From the NCBI RefSeq assembly GCF_009914755.1, contig NC_060925.1: a stretch of 64,000 bases of DNA; one strand, 5' to 3'. How positions within the stretch are numbered: the stretch's first letter is position 1; each line of letters begins with the position of its first letter. The translations under genes and the position numbers were made by a program. The stretch comes from the human T2T-CHM13v2.0 reference genome, Homo sapiens. Shown here one piece after another: positions 14,901-28,631 of the stretch. The notes under the pieces are model-generated. The model was not told where the DNA came from. It did no database searches and was given only the letters and a program-made list of their open reading frames with translations.

Positions 14901-17900
14901 TCATCATCAAATGGAATCGAATGGAATCATCATCAAATGGAATCTAATGGAATCATTGAACAGAATTGAATGGAATCGTCATCGAATGAATTGAATGCAA
15001 TCATCGAATGGTCTCGAATGGAATCATCTTCTAATGGAAAGGAATGGAATCATCGCATAGAATCAAATGGAATTATCATCGAATGGAATCGAATGGTATC
15101 AACACCAAACGGAAAAAAACGGAATTATCGAATGGAATCGAAGAGAATCTTCGAACGGACCCGAATGGAATCATCTAATGGAATGGAATGGAATAATCCA
15201 TGGACTCGAATGCAATCGTCATCGAATGGAATCGAATGGAATCATCGAATGGACTCGAATGGAATAATCATTGAACGGAATCGATTGGAATCATCATCGG
15301 ATGGAAACGAATGGAATCATCATCGAATGGAAATGAAAGGAGTCATCATCTAATGGAATTGCATGGAATCATCATAAAATGGAATCGAATGGAATCAACA
15401 TCAAATGGAATCAAATGGAATCATTGAACGGAATTGAATGGAATCGTCATCGAATGAATTGACTGCAATCATCGAATGGTCTCGAATGGAATCATCTTCA
15501 AATGGAATGGAATGGAATCATCGCATAGAATCGAATGGAATTATCATCGAATGGAATCGAATGGAATCAACATCAAACGGAAAAAAACGGAATTATCGAA
15601 TGGAATCGAAGAGAATCATCGAATGGACCCGAATGGAATCATCTAATGGAATGGAATGGAATAATCCATGGACTCGAATGCAATCATCATCGAATGGAAT
15701 CGAATGGAATCATCGAATGAACTCGAATGGAATCATCATTGAATGGAATCGAATGGAATCATCGAGTGGAATCGAATGGAATTATGATCAAATGGAATCG
15801 AATGTAATCATCATCAAATGGAATCAAAAATAACCATCATCAATTGGTATTGAATGGAATTGTCATCAAATGGAATTCAAAGGAATCATCATCAAATGGA
15901 ACCGAATGGAATCCTCATTGAATGGAAATGAAAGGGGTCATCATCTAATGGAATCGCATGGAATCATCATCAAATGGAATCGAATGGAATCATCATCAAA
16001 TGGAATCTAATGGAATCATTGAACAGAATTGAATGGAATCGTCATCGAATGAATTGAATGCAATCATCGAATGGTCTCGAATGGAATCATCTTCTAATGG
16101 AAAGGAATGGAATCATCGCATAGAATCGAATGGAATTATCATCGAATGGAATCGAATGGTATCAACACCAAACGGAAAAAAACGGAATTATCGAATGGAA
16201 TCAAAGAGAAACTTCGAACGGACCCGAATGGAATCATCTAATGGAATGGAATGGAATAATCCATGGACTCGAATGCAATCATCATCGAATGGAATCGAAT
16301 GGAATCATCGAATGGACTCGAATGGAATAATCATTGAACGGAATCGAATGGAATCATCATCGGATGGAAACGAATGGAATCATCATCGAATGGAAATGAA
16401 AGGAGTCATCATCTAATGGAATTGCATGGAATCATCATAAAATGGAATCGAATGGAATCAACATCAAATGGAATCAAATGCAATCATTGAACGGAATTGA
16501 ATGGAATCGTCATCGAATGAATTGACTGCAATCATCGAATGGTCTCCAATGGAATCATCTTCAAATGGAATGGAATGGAATCATCGCATAGAATCGAATG
16601 GAATTATCATCGAATGGAATCGAATGGAATCAACATCAAACGGAAAAAAACGGAATTATCGAATGGAATCGAAGAGAATCATCGAATGGACCCGAATGGA
16701 ATCATCTAATGGAATGGAATGGAATAATCCATGGACTCGAATGCAATCATCATCGAATGGAATCGAATGGAATCATCGAATGGACTCGAATGGAATAATC
16801 ATTGAACGGAAACGAATGGAATCATCATCGGATGGAAATGAATGGAATCATCATCGAATGGAATCGAATAGAATTATGGAATGAAATCCAGTGTGATCAT
16901 CATCGAATGGACCCGAATGGAATCATCATCCAACGGAAGCTAATGGAATCAACATCGAATGAATCAAATGGAAACACCATCGAATTGAAACGAATAGAAT
17001 TATCATGAAATTGAAATGGATGGACTCATCATCGAATGGATTCGAATGGAATCATCGAATAAAATTGATTGAAGTCATCATCGAATGGAATCGAATGGTA
17101 TCATTGAATGGAATCGAATGGAATCATCATCAGATGGAAATGAATGGAATCGTCATAGAATGGAATCGAATGGATTCATTGAATGGAATCAGATGGAATC
17201 ATCGAATGGACTGGAATGGAATCATTGAATGGACTCGAAAGGGATCATGATTGAATGGAATTGAATGGAATCATCGAATGGTCTCGATTGGAATCATTAT
17301 CAAATGGAATCGAATGGAATCACCGAATAGAATCGAATGGAACAATCATCGAATGGACTCAAATGGAATTATCCTCCAATGGAATCGAATGGAATTATCG
17401 AATGCAATCGAATGGAATTATCGAATGCAATCGAATAGAATCATCGAATGGACTCGAATGGAATCATCGAATGGAATGGAATGGAACAGTCAATGAACTC
17501 GAATGGAATCATCATTGAATGGAATCGAATGGAATCATCGAGTGGAATCGAATGGAATTATGATCAAATGGAATCGAATGTAATCATCATCAAATGGAAT
17601 CAAAAATAACCATCATCAATTGGTATTGAATGGAATTGTCATCAAATGGAATTCAAAGGAATCATCATCAAATGGAACCGAATGGAATCCTCATTGAATG
17701 GAAATGAAAGGGGTCATCATCTAATGGAATCGCATGGAATCATCATCAAATGGAATCGAATGGAATCATCATCAAATGGAATCTAATGGAATCATTGAAC
17801 AGAATTGAATGGAATCTTCATCGAATGAATTGAATGCAATCATCGAATGGTCTCGAATGGAATCATCTTCTAATGGAAAGGAATGGAATCATCGCAGAGA

Positions 17901-20900
17901 ATCGAATGGAATTATCATCGAATGGAATCGAATGGTATCAACACCAAACGGAAAAAAACGGAATTATCGAATGGAATCGAAGAGAATCTTCGAACGGACC
18001 CGAATGGAATCATCTAATGGAATGGAATGGAATAATCCATGGACTCGAATGCAATCATCATCGAATGGAATCGAATGGAATCATCGAATGGACTCGAATT
18101 TAATAATCATTGAACGGAATCGAATGGAATCATCATCGGATGGAAACGAATGGAATCATCATCGAATGGAAATGAAAGGAGTCATCATCTAATGGAATTG
18201 CATGGAATCATCATAAAATGGAATCGAATGGAATCAACATCAAATGGAATCAAATGGAATCATTCAACGGAATTGAATGGAATCGTCATCGAATGAATTG
18301 ACTGCAATCATCGAATGGTCTCGAATGGAATCATCTTCAAATGGAATGGAATGGAATCATCGCATAGAATCGAATGGAATTATCATCGAATGGAATCGAA
18401 TGGAATCAACATCAAACGGAAAAAAACGGAATTATCGAATGGAATCGAAGAGAATCATCGAATGGACCCGAATGGAATCATCTAATGGAATGGAATGGAA
18501 TAATCCATGGACTCGAATGCAATCATCATCGAATGGAATCGAATGGAATCATCGAATGAACCCGAATGGAATCATCATTGAATGGAATCGAATGGAATCA
18601 TCGAGTGGAATCCAATGGAATTATGATCAAATGGAATCGAATGTAATCATCATCAAATGGAATCAAAAATAACCATCATCAATTGGTATTGAATGGAATT
18701 GTCATCAAATGGAATTCAAAGGAATCATCATCAAATGGAACCGAATGGAATCCTCATTGAATGGAAATGAAAGGGGTCATCATCTAATGGAATCGCATGG
18801 AATCATCATCAAATGGAATCGAATGGAATCATCATCAAATGGAATCTAATGGAATCATTGAACAGAATTGAATGGAATCGTCATCGAATGAATTGAATGC
18901 AATCATCGAATGGTCTCGAATTGAATCATCTTCTAATGGAAATGAATGGAATCATCGCATAGAATCGAATGGAATTAACATTGAATGGACTCGAATGGAA
19001 TCAACATCAAACGGAATCAAGCGGAATTATCGAATGGAATCGAAGAGATTCATCGAATGGACTCGAATGGAATCATCTAATGGAATGGAATGGAATAATC
19101 CATGGACCCGAATGCAATCATCATCTTATAAAATCGAATGGAATCATCGAATGGACTCGAATGGAATAATCATTGAACGGAATCGAATGGAATCATCATC
19201 GGATGGAAACGAATGGAATCATCATCGAATGGAAATGAAAGGAGTCATCATCTAATGGAATTGCATGGAATCATCATAAAATGGAATCGAATGGAATCAA
19301 CATCAAATGGAATCAAATGGAATCATTGAACGGAATTGAATGGAATCGTCATCGAATGAATTGACTGCAATCATCGAATGGTCTCGAATGGAATCATCTT
19401 CAAATGGAATGGAATGGAATCATCGCATAGAATCGAATGGAATTATCATCGAATGGAATCGAATGGAATCAACCTCAAACGTAAAAAAACGGAATTATCG
19501 AATGGAATTGAAGAGAATCATCGAATGGACCCGAATGGAATCATCTAATGGAATGGAATGGAATAATCCATGGACTCGAATGCAATCATCATCGAATGGA
19601 ATCGAATGGAATCATCGAGTGGACTCGAATGGAATAATCATTGAACGGAATCGAATGGAATCATCATCGGATGGAAATGAATGGAATCATCATCGAATGG
19701 AATCGAATAGAATTATGGAATGAAATCCAGTGTGATCATCATCGAATGGACCCGAATGGAATCATCATCCAACGGAAGCTAATGGAATCAACATCGAATG
19801 AATCAAATGGAAACATCATCGAATTGAAACGAATGGAATTATCATGAAATTGAAATGGATGGACTCATCATCGAATGGATTCGAATGGAATCATCGAATA
19901 AAATTGATTGAAATCATCAGCGAATTTAATCGAATGGTATCATTGAATGGAATCGAATGGAATCATCATCAGATGGAAATGAATGGAATCGTCATAGAAT
20001 GGAATCGAACGGATTCATTGAATGGAATCAGATGGAATCATCGAATGGACTGGAATGGAATCATTGAATGGACTCGAAAGGGATCATGATTGAATGGAAT
20101 TGAATGGAATCATCGAATGGTCTCGATTGGAATCATTATCAAATGGAATCGAATGGAATCACCGAATAGAATCGAATGGAACAATCATCGAATGGACTCA
20201 AATGGAATTATCCTCCAATGGAATCGAATGGAATTATCGAATGCAATCGAATGGAATTATCGAATGCAATCGAATAGAATCATCGAATGGACTCGAATGG
20301 AATCATCGAATGGAATGGAATGGAACAGTCAATGAACTCGAATGGAATCATCATTGAATGGAATCGAATGGAATCATCGAGTGGAATCGAATGGAATTAT
20401 GATCAAATGGAATCGAATGTAATCATCATCAAATGGAATCAAAAATAACCATCATCAATTGGTATTGAATGGAATTGTCATCAAATGGAATTCAAAGGAA
20501 TCATCATCAAATGGAACCGAATGGAATCCTCATTGAATGGAAATGAAAGGGGTCATCATCTAATGGAATCGCATGGAATCATCATCAAATGGAATCGAAT
20601 GGAATCATCATCAAATGGAATCTAATGGAATCATTGAACAGAATTGAATGGAATCGTCATCGAATGAATTGAATGCAATCATCGAATGGTCTCGAATGGA
20701 ATCATCTTCTAATGGAAAGGAATGGAATCATCGCATAGAATCAAATGGAATTATCATCGAATGGAATCGAATGGTATCAACACCAAACGGAAAAAAACGG
20801 AATTATCGAATGGAATCGAAGAGAATCTTCGAACGGACCCGAATGGAATCATCTAATGGAATGGAATGGAATAATCCATGGACTCGAATGCAATCGTCAT

Positions 20901-23326
20901 CGAATGGAATCGAATGGAATCATCGAATGGACTCGAATGGAATAATCATTGAACGGAATCGATTGGAATCATCATCGGATGGAAACGAATGGAATCATCA
21001 TCGAATGGAAATGAAAGGAGTCATCATCTAATGGAATTGCATGGAATCATCATAAAATGGAATCGAATGGAATCAACATCAAATGGAATCAAATGGAATC
21101 ATTGAACGGAATTGAATGGAATCGTCATCGAATGAATTGACTGCAATCATCGAATGGTCTCGAATGGAATCATCTTCAAATGGAATGGAATGGAATCATC
21201 GCATAGAATCGAATGGAATTATCATCGAATGGAATCGAATGGAATCAACATCAAACGGAAAAAAACGGAATTATCGAATGGAATCGAAGAGAATCATCGA
21301 ATGGACCCGAATGGAATCATCTAATGGAATGGAATGGAATAATCCATGGACTCGAATGCAATCATCATCGAATGGAATCGAATGGAATCATCGAATGAAC
21401 TCGAATGGAATCATCATTGAATGGAATCGAATGGAATCATCGAGTGGAATCGAATGGAATTATGATCAAATGGAATCGAATGTAATCATCATCAAATGGA
21501 ATCAAAAATAACCATCATCAATTGGTATTGAATGGAATTGTCATCAAATGGAATTCAAAGGAATCATCATCAAATGGAACCGAATGGAATCCTCATTGAA
21601 TGGAAATGAAAGGGGTCATCATCTAATGGAATCGCATGGAATCATCATCAAATGGAATCGAATGGAATCATCATCAAATGGAATCTAATGGAATCATTGA
21701 ACAGAATTGAATGGAATCGTCATCGAATGAATTGAATGCAATCATCGAATGGTCTCGAATGGAATCATCTTCTAATGGAAAGGAATGGAATCATCGCATA
21801 GAATCGAATGGAATTATCATCGAATGGAATCGAATGGTATCAACACCAAACGGAAAAAAACGGAATTATCGAATGGAATCAAAGAGAAACTTCGAACGGA
21901 CCCGAATGGAATCATCTAATGGAATGGAATGGAATAATCCATGGACTCGAATGCAATCATCATCGAATGGAATCGAATGGAATCATCGAATGGACTCGAA
22001 TGGAATAATCATTGAACGGAATCGAATGGAATCATCATCGGATGGAAACGAATGGAATCATCATCGAATGGAAATGAAAGGAGTCATCATCTAATGGAAT
22101 TGCATGGAATCATCATAAAATGGAATCGAATGGAATCAACATCAAATGGAATCAAATGCAATCATTGAACGGAATTGAATGGAATCGTCATCGAATGAAT
22201 TGACTGCAATCATCGAATGGTCTCCAATGGAATCATCTTCAAATGGAATGGAATGGAATCATCGCATAGAATCGAATGGAATTATCATCGAATGGAATCG
22301 AATGGAATCAACATCAAACGGAAAAAAACGGAATTATCGAATGGAATCGAAGAGAATCATCGAATGGACCCGAATGGAATCATCTAATGGAATGGAATGG
22401 AATAATCCATGGACTCGAATGCAATCATCATCGAATGGAATCGAATGGAATCATCGAATGGACTCGAATGGAATAATCATTGAACGGAAACGAATGGAAT
22501 CATCATCGGATGGAAATGAATGGAATCATCATCGAATGGAATCGAATAGAATTATGGAATGAAATCCAGTGTGATCATCATCGAATGGACCCGAATGGAA
22601 TCATCATCCAACGGAAGCTAATGGAATCAACATCGAATGAATCAAATGGAAACACCATCGAATTGAAACGAATAGAATTATCATGAAATTGAAATGGATG
22701 GACTCATCATCGAATGGATTCGAATGGAATCATCGAATAAAATTGATTGAAGTCATCATCGAATGGAATCGAATGGTATCATTGAATGGAATCGAATGGA
22801 ATCATCATCAGATGGAAATGAATGGAATCGTCATAGAATGGAATCGAATGGATTCATTGAATGGAATCAGATGGAATCATCGAATGGACTGGAATGGAAT
22901 CATTGAATGGACTCGAAAGGGATCATGATTGAATGGAATTGAATGGAATCATCGAATGGTCTCGATTGGAATCATTATCAAATGGAATCGAATGGAATCA
23001 CCGAATAGAATCGAATGGAACAATCATCGAATGGACTCAAATGGAATTATCCTCCAATGGAATCGAATGGAATTATCGAATGCAATCGAATGGAATTATC
23101 GAATGCAATCGAATAGAATCATCGAATGGACTCGAATGGAATCATCGAATGGAATGGAATGGAACAGTCAATGAACTCGAATGGAATCATCATTGAATGG
23201 AATCGAATGGAATCATCGAGTGGAATCGAATGGAATTATGATCAAATGGAATCGAATGTAATCATCATCAAATGGAATCAAAAATAACCATCATCAATTG
23301 GTATTGAATGGAATTGTCATCAAATG
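11971..23326 (+). repeat. Alternating 1063-bp and 1776-bp units (2839-bp period x4)
   Basis: A-subrepeat ORF starts 12131, 13194, 14970, 16033, 17809, 18872, 20648, 21711, 23487 give alternating spacings of 1063 and 1776. Confidence 0.95.
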
Positions 23327-23954
23327 GAATTCAAAGGAATCATCATCAAATGGAACCGAATGGAATCCTCATTGAATGGAAATGAAAGGGGTCATCATCT
23401 AATGGAATCGCATGGAATCATCATCAAATGGAATCGAATGGAATCATCATCAAATGGAATCTAATGGAATCATTGAACAGAATTGAATGGAATCTTCATC
23501 GAATGAATTGAATGCAATCATCGAATGGTCTCGAATGGAATCATCTTCTAATGGAAAGGAATGGAATCATCGCAGAGAATCGAATGGAATTATCATCGAA
23601 TGGAATCGAATGGTATCAACACCAAACGGAAAAAAACGGAATTATCGAATGGAATCGAAGAGAATCTTCGAACGGACCCGAATGGAATCATCTAATGGAA
23701 TGGAATGGAATAATCCATGGACTCGAATGCAATCATCATCGAATGGAATCGAATGGAATCATCGAATGGACTCGAATTTAATAATCATTGAACGGAATCG
23801 AATGGAATCATCATCGGATGGAAACGAATGGAATCATCATCGAATGGAAATGAAAGGAGTCATCATCTAATGGAATTGCATGGAATCATCATAAAATGGA
23901 ATCGAATGGAATCAACATCAAATGGAATCAAATGGAATCATTGAACGGAATTGA
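12599..23954 (+). repeat. Near-identical tandem duplication of a 5678-bp four-unit block
   Basis: ORF translations are identical at +5678, including rare variants (13194=18872, 14166=19844, 16033=21711, 17005=22683, 17809=23487). Confidence 0.93.
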
Positions 23955-26878
23955 ATGGAAGCGTCATCGAATGAATTGACTGCAATCATCGAATGGTCTC
24001 GAATGGAATCATCCTCAAATGGAATGGAATGGAATCATCGCATAGAATCGAATGGAATTATCATCGAATGGAATCGAATGGAATCAACATCCAACGGAAA
24101 AAAACGGAATTATCGAATGGAATCGAAGAGAATCATCGAATGGACCCGAATGGAATCATCTAATGGAATGGAATGGAATAATCCATGGACTCGAATGCAA
24201 TCATCATCGAATGGAATCGAATGGAATCATCGAATGGACTCGAATGGAATAATCATTGAACAGAATCGAATGGAATCATCATCGGATGGAAATGAATGGA
24301 ATCATCATCGAATGGAATCGAATAGAATTATGGAATGAAATCCAGTGTGATCATCATCGAATGGACCCGAATGGAATCATCATCCAACGGAAGCTAATGG
24401 AATCAACATCGAATGAATCGAATGGAAACACCATCGAATTGAAACGAATGGAATTATCATGAAATTGAAATGGATGGACTCATCATCGAATGGATTCGAA
24501 TGGAATCATCGAATAAAATTGATTGAAATCATCATCCAATGGAATCGAATGGTATCATTGAATGGAATCGAATGGAATCATCATCAGATGGAAATGAATG
24601 GAATCGTCATAGAATGGAATCGAATGGATTCATTGAATGGAATCAGATGGAAACATCGAATGGACTGGAATGGAATCATTGAATGGACTCGAAAGGGATC
24701 ATGATTGAATGGAATTGAATGGAATCATGGAATGGTCTCGATTGGAATCATTATCAAATGGAATCGAATGGAATCACCGAATAGAATCGAATGGAACAAT
24801 CATCGAATGGACTCAAATGGAATTATCCTCCAATGGAATCGAATGGAATTATCGAATGCAATCGAATGGAATTATCGAATGCAATCGAATAGAATCATCG
24901 AATGGACTCGAATGGAATCATTGAATGGAATGGAATGGAACAGTCAATGAACACGAATGGAATCATCACTGAATGGAATCGAATGGAATCATCGAGTGGA
25001 ATCGAATGGAATTATGATCAAATGGAATCGAATGTAATCATCATCAAATGGAATCAAAAATAACCATCATCAATTGGTATTGAATGGAATTGTCATCAAA
25101 TGGAATTCAAAGGAATCATCATCAAATGGAACCGAATGGAATCCTCATTGAATGGAAATGAAAGGGGTCATCATCTAATGGAATCGCATGGAATCATCAT
25201 CAAATGGAATTGAATGGAATCATCATCAAATGGAATCTGATGGAATCATTGAACAGAATTGAATGGAATCGTCATCGAATGAATTGAATGCAATCATCGA
25301 ATGGTCTCGAATGGAATCATCTTCTAATGGAAAGGAATGGAATCATCGCATAGAATCGAATGGAATTATCATCGAATGGAATCGAATGGTATCAACACCA
25401 AACGGAAAAAAACGGAATTATCGAATGGAATCGAAGAGAATCTTCGAACGGACCCGAATGGAATCATCTAATGGAATGGAATGGAATAATCCATGGACTC
25501 GAATGCAATCATCATCGAATGGAATCGAATGGAATCATCGAATGGACTCGAATGGAATAATCATTGAACGGAATCGAATGGAATCATTATCAGATGGAAA
25601 CGAATGGAATCATCATCGAATGGAAATGAAAGGAGTCATCATCTAATGGAATTGCATGGAATCATCATAAAATGGTATCGAATGGAATCAACATCAAATG
25701 GAATCAAATGGAATCATTGAACGGAATTGAATGGAATCATCATCGAATAAATTGACTGCAATCATCGAATGGTCTCGAATGGAATCATCTTCAAATGGAA
25801 TGGAATGGAATCATCGCATAGAATCGAATGGAATCATCATCGAATGGAATCGAATGGAATCAACATCAAACGGAAAAAAACGGAATTATCGTATGGAATC
25901 GAAGAGAATCATCGAATGGACCCGAATGGAATCATCTAATGGAATGGAATGGAATAATCCATGGACTCGAATGCAATCATCATCGAATGGAATCGAATGG
26001 AATCATCGAATGGACTCGAATGGAATAATCATTGCACGGAATAGAATGGAATCATCATCGGATGGAAATGAATGGAATCATCATCGAATGGAATCGAATA
26101 GAATTATGGAATGAAATCCAGTGTGATCATCATCGAATGGACCCGAATGGAATCATCATCCAATGGAAGCTAATGGAATCAACATCGAATGAATCGAATG
26201 GAAACACCATCGAATTGAAACGAATGGAATTATCATGAAATTGAAATGGATGGACTCATCATCGAATGGATTCGAATGGAATCATCGAATAAAATTGATT
26301 GAAATCATCATCCAATGGAATCGAATGGTATCATTGAATGGAATCGAATGGAATCATCATCAGATGGAAATGAATGGAATCGTCATAGAATGGAATCGAA
26401 TGGATTCATTGAATGGAATCAGATGGAATCATCGAATGGACTGGAATGGAATCATCGAATGGACTCGAAAGGGATCATGATTGAATGGAATTGAATGGAA
26501 TCATCGAATGGTCTCGATTGGAATCATTATCAAATGGAATCGAATGGAATCACCGAATAGAATCGAATGGAACAATCATCGAATGGACTCAAATGGAATT
26601 ATCCTCAAATGGAATCGAATGGAATTATCGAATGCAATCGAATGGAATTATCGAATGCAATCGAATAGAATCATCGAATGGACTCGAATGGAATCATCGA
26701 ATGGAATGGAATGGAACAGTCAATGAACTCGAATGGAATCATCATTGAATGGAATCGAATGGAATCATCGAGTGGAATCGAATGGAATTATGATCAAATG
26801 GAATCGAATGTAATCATCATGAAATGGAATCAAAAATAACCATCATCAATTGGTATTGAATGGAATTGTCATCAAATG

Positions 26879-28631
26879 GAATTCAAAGGAATCATCATCA
26901 AATGGAACCGAATGGAATCCTCATTGAATGGAAATGAAAGGGGTCATCATCTAATGGAATCGCATGGAATCATCATCAAATGGAATCAAATGGAATCATC
27001 ATCAAATGGAATCTAATGGAATCATTGAACAGAATTGAATGGAATCGTCATCGAATGAATTGAATGCAATCATCGAATGGTCTCGAATGGAATCATCTTC
27101 TAATGGAAAGGAATGGAATCATCGCATAGAATCGAATGGAATTATCATCGAATGGAATCGAATGGTATCAACACCAAACGGAAAAAAACGGAATTATCGA
27201 ATGGAATCAAAGAGAATCTTCTAACGGACCCGAATGGAATCATCTAATGGAATGGAATGGAATAATCCATGGACTCGAATGCAATCATCATCGAATGGAA
27301 TCGAATGGAATCATCGAATGGACTCGAATGGAATAATCATTGAACGTAATCGAATGGAATCATTATCAGATGGAAACGAATGGAATCATCTTCGAATGGA
27401 AATGAAAGGAGTCATCATCTAATGGAATTGCATGGAATCATCATAAAATGGAATCGAATGAAATCAACATCAAATGGAATCAAATGGAATCATTGAACGG
27501 AATTGAATGGAATCGTCATCGAATGAATTGACTGCAATCATCGAATGGTCTCGAATGGAATCATCTTCAAATGGAATGGAATGGAATCATCGCATAGAAT
27601 CGAATGGAATTATCATCGAATGGAATCGAATGGTATCAACACCAAACGGAAAAAAACGGAATTATCGAAAGGAATCGAAGAGAATCTTCGAACGGACCCG
27701 AATGGAATCATCTAATGGAATGGAATGGAATAATCCATGGACTCGAATGCAATCATCATCGAATGGAATCGAATGGAATCATCGAATGGACTCGAATGGA
27801 ATAATCATTGAACGGAATCGAATGGAATCATCATCGGATGGAAATGAATGGAATCATCATCGAATGGAATCGAATAGAATTATGGAATGAAATCCACTGT
27901 GATCATCATCGAATGGACCCGAATGGAATCATCATCCAACAGAAGCTAATGGAATCAACATCGAATGAATCGAATGGAAACACCATCGAATTGAAACGAA
28001 TGGAATTACCATGAAATTAAAATGGATGGACTCATCATCGAATGGATTCGGATGGAATCATCGAATAAAATTGATTGAAATCATCATCGAATGAAATCGA
28101 ATGGTATCATTGAATGGAATCGAATGGAATCATCATCAGATGGAAATGAATGGAATCGTCATAGAATGGAATCGAATGGATTCATTGAATGGAATCAGAT
28201 GGAATCATCGAATGGACTGGAATGGAATCATTGAATGGACTCGAAAGGGATCATGATTGAATGGAATTGAATGGAATCATCGAATGGTCTCGATTGGAAT
28301 CATTATCAAATGGAATCGAATGGAATCACCGAATAGAATCGAATGGAACAATCATCGAATGGACTCAAACGGAATTATCCTTAAATGGAATCGAATGGAA
28401 TTATCGAATGCAATCGAATAGAATCATCGAATGGACTCGAATGGAATCATCGAATGGAATGGAATGGAACAGTCAATGAACTCGAATGGAATCATCATTG
28501 AATGGAATCGAATGGAATCATCGAGTGGAATCGAATGGAATTATGATCAAATGGAATCGAATGTAATCATCATCAAATGGAATCAAAAATAACCATCATC
28601 AATTGGTATTGAATGGAATTGTCATCAAATG
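26879..28631 (+). repeat. 1753-bp variant unit (23-bp deletion)
   Basis: Only one copy of the normally tandem 23-mer GAATGGAATTATCGAATGCAATC near 28393-28415; spacing from 27039 to 28792 is 1753. Confidence 0.9.
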
